Source: Fervidobacterium sp. (GTDB lineage Bacteria > Thermotogota > Thermotogae > Thermotogales > Fervidobacteriaceae). From it: a DNA stretch of 64,000 bases. Positions 1 to 10,817 of this stretch are shown piece after piece (the first letter of the stretch is position 1; each line of letters opens with the position of its first letter). Below the pieces are notes generated by a model that worked only from the letters and a program-made list of their open reading frames with translations, did not search any database and was not told the DNA's origin. A program made the translations under genes and the position numbers. The DNA lies in NCBI GenBank assembly GCA_049970055.1, contig JBMFNR010000001.1:320001-384000 (forward strand), in the 5' to 3' direction.

Positions 1-270
1 AACGATTTTGTGGTAAACTTTACTAGCGAAACTAGCGATAAAATTAGTGTGATTGGCGATAGATTGAGCTTGTTGGAAAATCAAGTTGCCAGTTTAAGTC
101 AAGTTGTTGACGACGTAAAAGCCGACAAATCCGAAGTTGAAGAACTTAAAAGCAACAGTGCGAAAGAAATTGAAAATGCTAGGAATATAGCAACATGGGG
201 AGCAGTTTTTGGAGTTAGTGGAACATTAATTGGAATAATTGCTTTAGCTAAAGCTTTAGGCTGGTTTTAA
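1..270 (+). CDS. 3' end of coiled-coil toga anchor protein (Omp-alpha/OmpA1-like), truncated by window start
   Basis: Frame is open from base 1. Heptad coiled coil followed by a C-terminal hydrophobic anchor (WGAVFGVSGTLIGIIALAKALGWF), directly upstream of a porin-like gene as in Thermotogales ompA-ompB. Confidence 0.7.
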   Translation, partial: NDFVVNFTSETSDKISVIGDRLSLLENQVASLSQVVDDVKADKSEVEELKSNSAKEIENARNIATWGAVFGVSGTLIGIIALAKALGWF

Positions 271-380
271 TTTCTAATCTTACATTCAGTTATAAGGGGG
301 GGATAGTTAAAAAATTTGGGAAAGGTTTTTATCTAATGTTTTGTAAATAACCTAAACTCACAGGAGGAGGGAGAAGGATT

Positions 381-1676
381 ATGAAGAAGTTTTTAACAGT
401 TTTGGTGGCACTCTTTGTATTTGTTAGCCTATTTGCAGTTGAAAAACCATTCACACTTGGACCAGTAACTTACACAGGTAAAGTTAGCTTTTCTCTTGTA
501 GTAACAAAGGACGGGGTTGACATTTCTGGTGCATTATTAAATGTTAAAGCATCTCTCAGCGTTAGCCCAACAAGTGACACACAAGCGGGCGCAACGTTTA
601 GCATTTCTTACTCAACCATAGGCGAAGATCCAGAGCTAACACTCAAATCCATAACATTCTCAACACCATACTTTGCAGCATACTACTCAACAGATAAACA
701 ATTTGTTAGTAAGTATTTCACAGGTCTAGACAGCGATGATAAGTTTACACCAATGAGTGATTTTGCCGACTCTCTCAAAGTGACATTCCCATCGATTGCC
801 GGCTTGGAAGTGTACTACTTTGATAAAACATCAGAAGGTGCTGCAACATGGTTTAGTGATATGGTTCTTGCAAAATACGTTCTTTCCGGCTGGGAAGTTG
901 TCGGTGGTTTTTACAATGTGGGTAATACTTACGAATTTGGTGGAGCGCTCAACGGATCAGTTGATCTGGGTATCTTCAAACCAAATGTGACGATTTTCGC
1001 AGGTATGGTTAACGATTCAGGCATGGCGTACGACTTTAGTCTCTCGGGAAGCTTTAAACCAATAGCTGAGTTAACACTTACACCAACTGTAAAATTTGCA
1101 GAAAATCTTGATAAACTTGATTACGCAAGTACAGACGGCAGTGTAGCCAACGGTAAATACGTAAGTTTGGGTGTTAAATACGAACAAACATTTGCACCAG
1201 TTTCTCTTGTAGCTCAAGTAAAGCCAAAATACGACTTTGTTGCATCAAAATTTACCCTTCCACTCAACGAACTTTCAGCAAAAGTTGCTGTCACACCAGT
1301 TACACTTTTTGTAAAGACAACAAACGCTGATGTGCTCGATAACACTAAGAAATACACACTCTACGTACAAGGCGACTTAGTAGCTGACATGTTCAGCTTA
1401 ACAGCAAAAGCAATGTGGAATGACGTTACAGCGCCTAATAACTACAACTACATCCACGCAGTGGCGAATGCAACCGTTGATATGTTAAAACTTACAGCAA
1501 ATTACAGAATGACAACGTCAAATTCTGGATACAACGCATCAGCCTGCTACAGACTTACAGAAAATACAAAGGTAACAGCCTTCTTTGGAACACTCACGGG
1601 AAACGATACAGATGGTTGGAAAGTCCTTACCGAACCAACATGGAATGTGAAACTTACATACACAGCAAGCTTCTAA
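381..1676 (+). CDS. Outer-membrane beta-barrel porin (Omp-beta/OmpB-like toga protein)
   Basis: Signal peptide, alternating beta-strand pattern, C-terminal ...VKLTYTASF barrel signature, strong RBS GGAGGAGG, own terminator. Confidence 0.7.
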   Translation: MKKFLTVLVALFVFVSLFAVEKPFTLGPVTYTGKVSFSLVVTKDGVDISGALLNVKASLSVSPTSDTQAGATFSISYSTIGEDPELTLKSITFSTPYFAAYYSTDKQFVSKYFTGLDSDDKFTPMSDFADSLKVTFPSIAGLEVYYFDKTSEGAATWFSDMVLAKYVLSGWEVVGGFYNVGNTYEFGGALNGSVDLGIFKPNVTIFAGMVNDSGMAYDFSLSGSFKPIAELTLTPTVKFAENLDKLDYASTDGSVANGKYVSLGVKYEQTFAPVSLVAQVKPKYDFVASKFTLPLNELSAKVAVTPVTLFVKTTNADVLDNTKKYTLYVQGDLVADMFSLTAKAMWNDVTAPNNYNYIHAVANATVDMLKLTANYRMTTSNSGYNASACYRLTENTKVTAFFGTLTGNDTDGWKVLTEPTWNVKLTYTASF

Positions 1677-1694
1677 TGTAAACTTTGTAAACTT

Positions 1695-1725
1695 AAAAAG
1701 GGAGGCTTTTAAGCCTCCCTTTTTT
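1695..1725. terminator. Bidirectional intrinsic terminator between porin gene and eno
   Basis: AAAAAGGGAGGCTT-TT-AAGCCTCCCTTTTTT hairpin with A/T tracts on both sides. Confidence 0.9.
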
Positions 1726-1740
1726 GTTTTGTTTATCTTT

Positions 1741-3081
<1,341 letters not shown>

Positions 3082-3204
3082 TCATACTGGTACCTCAATA
3101 CTTAACGTATCTACCATCTAATTATACCACATTCGCGAACTGGTTTATCAGATTGTTACATTTTTCTCTTGTGATTTACACTACCTATACATCACTGTCC
3201 CTCA

Positions 3205-4569
3205 CTACAGTACCTTCACTTCGTAAGGTTTCAAATTTACACCTTCGAACTGTTCGCTGTGGCCGGAGGTATTTGCGTACACTCTGAAACCATTAAATCC
3301 ATCAGTTACGTTGTAAGCTAGTATGAATGTGTTGTGTGTCACTTTTTCTACCCACGCATGTTCGATCCAAGAGTTTTCTTTTCTGAACTTTGTCCAGTTA
3401 ATTACTTCCCTTAATAGGCTACCTTCTCTCACCATCTGCTCTTCAACAGAAGTACCTGTGAATGCTCTGTTGAATCTTACCGCCTTCCAAAAAGTTTGAC
3501 CATCGCCTGAGAGCGATGCGTACCAGGGGAACGGTTCAATAACGTCCTCTGTAAATGTTGAGTCGTATACGCCTTTCATTCCCAGCTCATCGCCGTAGTA
3601 AATGAACGGCACACCGGGTGTTGTCATAAGAAGGCCATAGAAAACTTTTCTTTGGTCCTCTTGAGGCAATAGTTGAGCCAATCGGTTCATATCATGGTTT
3701 CCCGTGAAATTACTTGGTTTGTACGATTTCTTTGCGAGTGTTCTTTGGAAACAATCGGCGATCTTGTAAACAGTGCCATGTTGCATAGATTCTCTTATTG
3801 ACTCAGTAAAGTAAAAGTTAAAAGAACAACCGATCGTTTGTGCGTATCTATCGACAATTTCAGGGTCATCCCATACTTCCGTCACAGCGAAGACATCTTG
3901 ACCTTTCACTGCTTTTGCTTTGCCCATGACCAGATGCCAATAATTCACGTTTTTATCGTGATTGTATCTGAACTTGCCTTCATTCGTGTCGTAATCGTAT
4001 ATGTGCTTTGCCGCATCGAATCTAAAACCATCAACGCCTTGTTTGAGCCAAAATTCCACTATTTCAAGAGATTTTTCAACAACTTCTGGATTTTCATAAT
4101 TCAGATCTGGCGAAGAGCCACCGAAAACACCGTAGTACCACTTGCCGTTCCTGTTGTGCCAAAGTAATTCCTCGTCCCAATGTCTTTTTTCTGACAAATT
4201 AAAATGAGGCTGCGCCCACAAAAAATAATCAACATAAGGTTTTTCACCGCTTAAAGCGGCTTTAAACCATGGATGCCTATCAGACACGTGATTCAGCGGT
4301 AAGTCTATAACGACTTTTATACCATTGCTATGTAAAACATCGACCATGTACCTAAAATCTTCCAATGTACCAAATGAGGTGTTTGTGTCAAAATAATCAA
4401 TGATATCGTAGCCATGATAGCTCGGCGATTTAAAATGTGGTGTGAGCCAGATAAGGTCCACTCCCAACATTTTGAAATAATCAACTTTTTGTGCTATTCC
4501 ACTGAAATCACCTATACCATCTTCGTTTGAGTCGGCAAAGGACCTAATAAAAATCTCATAGCCTATCAT
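3205..4569 (-). CDS. Cytoplasmic GH13 alpha-amylase family glycosidase
   Basis: DSNEDGIGDF, YHGYD, GFRFDAAKH (nucleophile), TEVW, NHD motifs; no signal peptide. Start moved to ATG 4569 behind GGAGG (ORF track starts at 4590). Confidence 0.9.
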   Translation of the reverse strand: MIGYEIFIRSFADSNEDGIGDFSGIAQKVDYFKMLGVDLIWLTPHFKSPSYHGYDIIDYFDTNTSFGTLEDFRYMVDVLHSNGIKVVIDLPLNHVSDRHPWFKAALSGEKPYVDYFLWAQPHFNLSEKRHWDEELLWHNRNGKWYYGVFGGSSPDLNYENPEVVEKSLEIVEFWLKQGVDGFRFDAAKHIYDYDTNEGKFRYNHDKNVNYWHLVMGKAKAVKGQDVFAVTEVWDDPEIVDRYAQTIGCSFNFYFTESIRESMQHGTVYKIADCFQRTLAKKSYKPSNFTGNHDMNRLAQLLPQEDQRKVFYGLLMTTPGVPFIYYGDELGMKGVYDSTFTEDVIEPFPWYASLSGDGQTFWKAVRFNRAFTGTSVEEQMVREGSLLREVINWTKFRKENSWIEHAWVEKVTHNTFILAYNVTDGFNGFRVYANTSGHSEQFEGVNLKPYEVKVL

Positions 4570-4586
4570 TCTGTAATCCTCCCTGA

Positions 4587-5855
4587 TCAAGGATTTTTGC
4601 TTTTCAGCTTCTCAACAATTTTTTTGAAATGTTCGCCACGTTCTTCAAAGTTTTTATACGCATCGTAACTTGCCCCTGCTGGTCCCAGAAGTACGAAATC
4701 TCCTTTACCAGCCATCTTACTTATTTCCACAACAGCCTCTTCTATATTTTCATATCTTTTGTAATTCACATTGCGCTCTTTCAAATACGGTTCTATCGCA
4801 TCACTGATGGGACCCACGATTGCCACATGCTTGCACTTTTTCTGTATCTCGTTGGCAAGTGTGGTGTAATCTTCATTCTTGCCTTTACCTGCGATTATCA
4901 AGAAAAGATTACTATCAAAATTTTCAAGTGCCTTCACAACAGCTGCCGCATTCGTAGCTTTTGAATCGTTGTAATAATGTGCACCGTTTATTGTTCCACA
5001 GTACTCCATTCTGTGCGGTAGCGGTACAAAATCTTCGAACATATCCATTGAGAAGGGCAATCGTAGTATTTTAACAACTGTCTTTGCGGCTGCAATGTTT
5101 TCAACGTTTTGCTTTGTTCTGATGTGGAACGGGATCGATTCGAAGTTGAAATCTACGGTGAAAGGAACCCTTTTTGCTTGTGTTTTTGATAATCTTTTAA
5201 TTATTTCTAAATCCTTCGGATTGTACACAAAATGATCTTCGTTGTCTTGGAATTTTGTAATTTTAAATTTCGACTCGACGTAATGTTCCATACTTGGATG
5301 CCAATCAAGATGATTAGGATAAATGTTGGTTATAACGGCGATACTTGGTTTAAAAAACGTAGCCCAGTAAAGCTGGAAACTACTTATTTCAACAACGATA
5401 AATTGTGGTTTTCTACCTTCCAGAAGTACCTGGGCAATGGGTATTCCAAAGTTACCAAATATTTGAGAAGTTGAGGATTTTGAAATTATGTGGTTTATCA
5501 TCGCTACTGTGGTACTTTTTCCAACAGATCCGGTAACTGCAATAACTGTTGGGTTCCAATCCAAGAATTTAGTAAAATAAGTTATCTCCGTGTCAACTCG
5601 TCTCCCCATCTGTTGAGCCTTCATCAAAATCGGGTGGTCGTATGGGACACTTGGACTAGTCAAAATTACATCGGCCTCAAGGATCTTTTCTGAATTTTTC
5701 CCTTCCTCGTATGGTATGTGATTTTCTTCCAAAAAGAGCATATCTTCCCTGGAAAGCTTTCCGCTTTCGCTGACAAAGATATCTTCTCCAAGTTGCTTGA
5801 GGTACCTTGCGGCATACCGATTGCTCAAACCAAAGCCTACGAGTGCATAACGCAT
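4587..5855 (-). CDS. murD: UDP-N-acetylmuramoyl-L-alanine--D-glutamate ligase
   Basis: GFGLS, TGSVGKSTT, VEISSFQL, NHLDWH, PHRME, NDSKATN, ASYDAYKNFEERG motifs. Confidence 0.96.
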   Translation of the reverse strand: MRYALVGFGLSNRYAARYLKQLGEDIFVSESGKLSREDMLFLEENHIPYEEGKNSEKILEADVILTSPSVPYDHPILMKAQQMGRRVDTEITYFTKFLDWNPTVIAVTGSVGKSTTVAMINHIISKSSTSQIFGNFGIPIAQVLLEGRKPQFIVVEISSFQLYWATFFKPSIAVITNIYPNHLDWHPSMEHYVESKFKITKFQDNEDHFVYNPKDLEIIKRLSKTQAKRVPFTVDFNFESIPFHIRTKQNVENIAAAKTVVKILRLPFSMDMFEDFVPLPHRMEYCGTINGAHYYNDSKATNAAAVVKALENFDSNLFLIIAGKGKNEDYTTLANEIQKKCKHVAIVGPISDAIEPYLKERNVNYKRYENIEEAVVEISKMAGKGDFVLLGPAGASYDAYKNFEERGEHFKKIVEKLKSKNP

Positions 5856-5975
5856 AAACGTTCCTCCCTTTTAACATTTCTATTTAATTATAGCACAGCA
5901 CTTTTTCTCATAGTTTAATTCAGTGTTATTTTTCCAAGTTATTCTTATAAAAGTATAAAAAATGCAAAAAAATAC

Positions 5976-6005
5976 AAAAAAGCGACATCCTTTTCGGATG
6001 CCGCT
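5976..6005 (-). terminator. Terminator downstream of tRNA-Pro
   Basis: Minus strand AGCGGCATCC-GAAAA-GGATGTCGCT followed by a T tract. Confidence 0.8.
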
Positions 6006-6016
6006 CTTTTTAAAAT

Positions 6017-6093
6017 TGGTCGGGGTGACTGGACTTGAACCAGCGACCTCTTGCGCCCCATGCAAGCGCGCTAGCCACCTGCGCTACACCCCG
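6017..6093 (-). tRNA. tRNA-Pro (GGG)
   Basis: CGGGGTG acceptor stem, anticodon arm CTTGC-AT GGG GC-GCAAG, GTTCAAGTC T-loop, encoded 3' CCA. Confidence 0.97.
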
Positions 6094-6361
6094 AACCTTT
6101 ACAATCTTTCACAATTTTTCACAATATTTCACGCTTTTCGATAAACCACTTAGGTAAGTATTATGATCGTGCAATAAAATTTTACCACGCACGGTGAAAA
6201 AAATCAAGTGATATGTATGTTATAACACATATTGGCAATATTGCCGACATTCACTGTCATTCACTGTGCTGGTTACATTTATTAAAGGTCAACAACTTTT
6301 CATCATTTTTGACAATATTTGACAAATATTACAAACATTATTTGGAGTGTGACTATTAAAT

Positions 6362-6390
6362 TTGGAAATTTTTCAAAACTGTGATATAAT
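6362..6390 (+). promoter_or_regulatory. Sigma-A type promoter for the peptide-binding protein gene
   Basis: TTGGAA-N17-TATAAT with extended -10 TG. Confidence 0.6.
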
Positions 6391-6425
6391 ACAACATAGC
6401 ATCTTATGCACGGGGAGGGATTAGG

Positions 6426-8273
6426 ATGGTGAAAAGATTTTTGGTTGTGTTTTTTACGGTTGCTGCGATCCTAAGTTTTGCAGATTTTGATCCAACAACG
6501 TACGTTTCATCCGGTGTTGGTGAACCGGACACGCTCGATATACATCAAGCTTACGACACAGTTAGTGGCGAGGTTATTTACAATGTTTATGAAAGCCTTA
6601 TAGCTTACAAAAAAAGTAGCCTTACGGAATTTGAACCAAGGTTAGCAACGGAAGTCCCGTCGGTAAAGAATGGACTTATAAAAGACGGTGGTAAGACGTA
6701 CGTATTCCCGATTAGAAAGGGAGTAAAATTTCACAACGGATCTTTGCTAACACCAGAAGACGTTGAGTACTCATTCGAAAGAGGTTTACTCTACGATCCG
6801 GCAGGTGGACCTATGTGGATGCTCTGGAATGCAATATTTGGTGTTAATTCATTAAACGAAATGATCGAAAAATACGTGGGAAAACCTGTATCTGAAATTT
6901 TCAAAGATGGCGAACCTTTGCCACAATACAAAGATAAACTTGTTGAACTGTACAAAAATGTTATTGATCCTGCTATAGAAGTTGATGGAGATAACGTCGT
7001 CTTTAAACTTGTCAGACCTTACGGACCATTCTTGACTATAATGGCTCACACGGTGGGGTGGTCTGCCGTTCTGGACAAAGAAACGTCTATAAAACTTGGC
7101 TTGTGGGATGGAAAACCTGATACGTGGTGGAAATACAGAAATATAGCGAAAGAAAAATCACCCATTTACGCTACAGCAATTGGAACAGGTCCATTCAAAC
7201 TTGTTGAATGGGATAGAACGAATAAAAAGGTGGTTCTTGAAGCGAATAAGGACTATTGGCGTGGTGAACCAAAACTCAAAAAGGTCGTTCTTTTAACTGT
7301 TAGTGAATGGGGAACAAGAAAATTGATGCTTGAAAAAGGTGATGTGGACGATATAGCTGTTGTTCTTGAGTATCTTGATCAAATAAGAGGTAACAAAGAT
7401 ATACAAATTATCGATAACATTCCAACACTTTCCGTTACGGTTGTTGGTTTTTCTTGGTCTGTTTCGCCAAATAGCAAATACATAGGCAGTGGAAAATGGG
7501 ACGGAAATGGGATGCCTCCCGACTTTTTCAGTGATATAAACGCAAGAAAGGCTATATCTTATATAATTAACTACGATTCAATTATTAGAGATGTTGCAAA
7601 AGGTTACGCGATACGTGTACCTTCTGCCTTACCAAATACACTACTTGGTTTTGACCCAACTCTTCCACTTTACAAGTTTAACATTACCGAGGCAAGAAAA
7701 GCTCTTGAAAAAGCTTGGGATGGTAAGGTTTTAAAGATTGGTCTAAAGTTTGCAGTCGCCTACAACACAGGTAACGTTATGAGACAAAGAATAGCGGAGA
7801 TGATAAAAACATACTTAGAAATGGTCGCTCCGGGCAAGATTAAGGTCGATATAGTTGCGTTGAACTGGCCAAGTTACCTCGATGCAATGAGAAAATCAGA
7901 ACTTCCAATGCCTATTTTCAACTGGCTTGCGGATTTCCCAGATCCAGATAATTTCATCTTCACATTCTACCATTCCGCCGGTACTTACGCACCAAGGCAG
8001 GGTGATAACTTCAAGAAATTCGTGAGCACACCAAGAAAAGAGCTTGGTGGTAAGAGCCTTGATGAATTAATTGAAGCTGCGAGAAATTCATCGGATCCGG
8101 ACGAAAGAAAGAAATTGTACGTGCAAATTCAAAAATTTGCTATCGATAATTATATAAGCGTTCCGATTTATCAACCGGTCGGTGTTAGGGTACAGCGCGC
8201 ATGGGTAAAGGGTTGGTATCAAAATCCAATGAGACCTGGTAACGATTACTTTGAATTGTACAAACAGCAATAA
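6426..8273 (+). CDS. ABC transporter substrate-binding protein, family 5 (OppA/DppA-like), no adjacent permeases
   Basis: Signal peptide, EPDTLD, VYESLI, IRKGVKFHNG, DVEYSFER, IGTGPFKL, DFPDPDN motifs. Confidence 0.92.
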   Translation: MVKRFLVVFFTVAAILSFADFDPTTYVSSGVGEPDTLDIHQAYDTVSGEVIYNVYESLIAYKKSSLTEFEPRLATEVPSVKNGLIKDGGKTYVFPIRKGVKFHNGSLLTPEDVEYSFERGLLYDPAGGPMWMLWNAIFGVNSLNEMIEKYVGKPVSEIFKDGEPLPQYKDKLVELYKNVIDPAIEVDGDNVVFKLVRPYGPFLTIMAHTVGWSAVLDKETSIKLGLWDGKPDTWWKYRNIAKEKSPIYATAIGTGPFKLVEWDRTNKKVVLEANKDYWRGEPKLKKVVLLTVSEWGTRKLMLEKGDVDDIAVVLEYLDQIRGNKDIQIIDNIPTLSVTVVGFSWSVSPNSKYIGSGKWDGNGMPPDFFSDINARKAISYIINYDSIIRDVAKGYAIRVPSALPNTLLGFDPTLPLYKFNITEARKALEKAWDGKVLKIGLKFAVAYNTGNVMRQRIAEMIKTYLEMVAPGKIKVDIVALNWPSYLDAMRKSELPMPIFNWLADFPDPDNFIFTFYHSAGTYAPRQGDNFKKFVSTPRKELGGKSLDELIEAARNSSDPDERKKLYVQIQKFAIDNYISVPIYQPVGVRVQRAWVKGWYQNPMRPGNDYFELYKQQ

Positions 8274-8890
8274 TTGAGTGGGCATGCCATACACCTGGGA
8301 ATGTTCCGACAATAGATCTTGCAATGCTCTACGATAAGTCCGTGGAATTCTTGATAGAGTTCCACGGATTTTTTGTACTTTTCTTCGAAGAATGTTCTGT
8401 ACTCGTCGTATTCTTTGAATTCTATATCAAGTACCCTCTTTACCAACCTTTTAGTGTACGCATCCACAACGAATATCGGCTTTTCAAAAGCGTAAAGCAA
8501 TATGGAATCCGCACTTTCCTTACCGATACCATTTATTGAAATTAATTCGTTTCTCAATTCGTATAAATCTTTCTTTACAATTCCATCGAGTGAAAAATCG
8601 TACTTTTTAATCCATTCTATTAGTGATTTTATTCTTTTTGCTTTCACATTGTGAAAACCGGCAGGGCGAATTAACATGGCTAATTCTTCTGTACTTAGTT
8701 TTGAAAGACAAATGAGAATATTTTCCTTACAAATGCTCTTTACGTTTTTCAGAGCTTTTTCAACATTCTTCCAATTTGTATTCTGTGTCAATATCACTGA
8801 TACGATAATCTCTTCTTGGCTACCAGGCCACCATTTACCCTGCGGGCCATGTGATGTTTTGAGTTTTTCGTAAAGTTCTTCGAATCCCAT
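8246..8890 (-). CDS. Endonuclease III-related HhH-GPD DNA glycosylase
   Basis: ILTQNTNWKNV, HhH LISINGIGKESAD, VVDAY, C-terminal Cys cluster CRNIPRCMACPLNYCC. Confidence 0.9.
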   Translation of the reverse strand: MGFEELYEKLKTSHGPQGKWWPGSQEEIIVSVILTQNTNWKNVEKALKNVKSICKENILICLSKLSTEELAMLIRPAGFHNVKAKRIKSLIEWIKKYDFSLDGIVKKDLYELRNELISINGIGKESADSILLYAFEKPIFVVDAYTKRLVKRVLDIEFKEYDEYRTFFEEKYKKSVELYQEFHGLIVEHCKIYCRNIPRCMACPLNYCCLYNSK

Positions 8891-8973
8891 TGCCTCCCCC
8901 CTTTCGGTTTTTCACTGGTTTTTATATTATTTCTATAAAAATTATAACACACAAAAGCTTGGTAAAAAAAGTA

Positions 8974-9001
8974 TTGACATTTTCTGAAAGGGGAGTATAA
9001 T
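8974..9001 (+). promoter_or_regulatory. Consensus sigma-A promoter of the cold-shock gene
   Basis: TTGACA-N16-TATAAT, both hexamers perfect. Confidence 0.85.
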
Positions 9002-9065
9002 CAATCATCACGTTGCGAGTGGAAAAGCAATGTGAAGAAAAAATAGCGTTTAGGAGGCAGTTACT

Positions 9066-9266
9066 ATGAAAGGTACAGTTAAGTGGTTTGATTCATCGAA
9101 AGGTTACGGATTCATCACAGGAGAAAACGGACAGGACGTCTTTGTTCACTTCAGCGCTATCCAGATGGATGGTTTTAAGACACTCAAAGAAGGCGACGTA
9201 GTCGAATTCGAAATTCAAAACGGGCAAAAAGGTCCTCAAGCAGCTAATGTCAAGCTTGCAAAATAA
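9066..9266 (+). CDS. csp: Cold-shock protein (CspA family)
   Basis: [11 protein letters not shown]1 KGYGFI, RNP2 VFVHF, GPQAANV. Confidence 0.98.
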   Translation: MKGTVKWFDSSKGYGFITGENGQDVFVHFSAIQMDGFKTLKEGDVVEFEIQNGQKGPQAANVKLAK

Positions 9267-9282
9267 ATTTTAAGAGGATACT

Positions 9283-9316
9283 AAAAATCCCCCGCAATTC
9301 AATGCGGGGGATTTTT
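9283..9316. terminator. Bidirectional terminator between csp and livF
   Basis: AAAAATCCCCCGCA-ATTCAA-TGCGGGGGATTTTT perfect hairpin. Confidence 0.9.
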
Positions 9317-9320
9317 GTTT
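9287..9320 (+). repeat. 34-bp direct repeat, left copy
   Basis: ATCCCCCGCAATTCAATGCGGGGGATTTTTGTTT, identical to 18405-18438. Confidence 0.95.
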
Positions 9321-9340
9321 ATTTTCGTTCTACTTGGATT

Positions 9341-10060
9341 TCACCCACCTAAGTAGGCTTTTTTAACTCTTTCATCTTCGAGCAACTCTTTACCAGTGCC
9401 TTCAAGCACTATTCTTCCTGTTTCCAAAACATACGCGTAATCTGCCAGTTTAAGAGCTTCGAAAGCGTTTTGCTCCACCAAAAAGATTGTGACTCCTTCA
9501 CTGTGGATTCTTTTAATTAATTTAAAGACTTCTTTTACTATAACTGGAGCTAAACCGAGTGATGGTTCGTCAAAAAGCAACAGTTTCGGCCTTGACATAA
9601 GGGCTCGTCCAATAGCAAGCATCTGTTGTTCACCACCTGAAAGTGTTCCTGCCCTTTGGTTAATTCTTTCTTTCAGTCTTGGAAAAAGATCAAATACATA
9701 TTCTAAGTCTTTTTTTATACCTTCTTTATCATTGCGCAGGTATGCACCTGCAAGTAAGTTTTCGTAGACTGTAAGATTTGAAAAAACTCTTCTCCCCTCT
9801 GGTACCATAGTTATTCCTAACCTTACAATCTCACTTGTGTCGAGCTTTGTTAATTCTGTACCTTTATATTTAATACTTCCCCTTGTTGCTTCTTTTAAAC
9901 CGCAAATAGTCCTCAGTGTTGTTGACTTACCTGCACCATTAGCACCAATCAATGATATAATCTTTCCTTCGTCAACTTTCATTGTTATACCCTTGATTGC
10001 ATGTATACCACCGTAGTAGACATGTAAATCGTTAATCTCAAGCATCTTCATCACCTGCAC
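9341..10060 (-). CDS. livF: HAAT/branched-chain amino acid ABC transporter ATPase
   Basis: GANGAGKST, VPEGRRVF, LSGGEQQMLA, DEPSLGLAP, VEQN. True start may be ATG 10051 or 10045. Confidence 0.95.
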   Translation of the reverse strand: MQVMKMLEINDLHVYYGGIHAIKGITMKVDEGKIISLIGANGAGKSTTLRTICGLKEATRGSIKYKGTELTKLDTSEIVRLGITMVPEGRRVFSNLTVYENLLAGAYLRNDKEGIKKDLEYVFDLFPRLKERINQRAGTLSGGEQQMLAIGRALMSRPKLLLFDEPSLGLAPVIVKEVFKLIKRIHSEGVTIFLVEQNAFEALKLADYAYVLETGRIVLEGTGKELLEDERVKKAYLGG

Positions 10061-10817
10061 CTAGGTAAGCTCTTATAACCTCTGGGTTCTTTTGTATTTC
10101 TTGAGGCGTTCCCTCTGCTATTGTTACACCGTGGTCAAGGACAATTATTCTTTCACAAATGTTCATGATGACTTTCATGTCATGCTCAATCACTATTATT
10201 GTTAACTTGTACTTCTCTCTAATTCTCAGAATGAGATTGTTCAACTCAAAAGTTTCATCCGGGTTCATTCCAGCAGCAGGTTCATCAAGTAGTAGTAACT
10301 TTGGATTAGTTGCAAGTGCTCGTGCTATTTCAAGTTTCCTTTGCAAACCATATGGCAAGGAACTGGACTTGTAATCTGATAGATGTTCAATTCCAACTTC
10401 TTTCATTAATTCATACGTTTTTTGCTGAATGTATTCCTCCTCTTTTTGATACTTTGGTAAGAACCCCACTGCTGTGAATAGGTCTGATTTTAAATGAGCA
10501 TGAAATGCGGTCATAATATTTTCTTTTACAGTCATATTTACGAAAAGTCTTATATTTTGAAATGTTCTAGCAATACCAAGTCTTATGATTTTATCAGTCG
10601 AGAGGTTTGTTATATCTTTACCCAGAAATTGTATCCTGCCTTCGCTCACAGGAGTAACATGGGTAATAAGGTTAAAGATCGTCGTTTTACCCGCACCATT
10701 CGGACCTATTAATCCTAAAAGCTCGCCATCTTTCAGATCGAGATTGAAATCAGAAACAGCAACCAAACCACCAAATCTTTTTGTAACATGCTCCATTTTC
10801 AGCACGGTGTTTTTCAT
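10038..10817 (-). CDS. livG: HAAT ABC transporter ATPase
   Basis: FGGLVAV, GPNGAGKTT, ARTFQNIRLF, LPYGLQRKLEIARAL, DEPAAG, IEHDM. Confidence 0.95.
   Translation of the reverse strand: MKNTVLKMEHVTKRFGGLVAVSDFNLDLKDGELLGLIGPNGAGKTTIFNLITHVTPVSEGRIQFLGKDITNLSTDKIIRLGIARTFQNIRLFVNMTVKENIMTAFHAHLKSDLFTAVGFLPKYQKEEEYIQQKTYELMKEVGIEHLSDYKSSSLPYGLQRKLEIARALATNPKLLLLDEPAAGMNPDETFELNNLILRIREKYKLTIIVIEHDMKVIMNICERIIVLDHGVTIAEGTPQEIQKNPEVIRAYLGAGDEDA

Noticed and set aside
6017..6093. tRNA-Pro (or tRNA-Leu at 54567) as an island integration site
   Set aside because: I found no duplicated tRNA 3' end, and both are flanked by core genes. The repeat-bounded block starts about 3 kb away at the csp terminator.
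5880..6144. ORFs 5880-6065 (-) and 5962-6144 (+)
   Set aside because: They overlap tRNA-Pro and its terminator; spurious translations.
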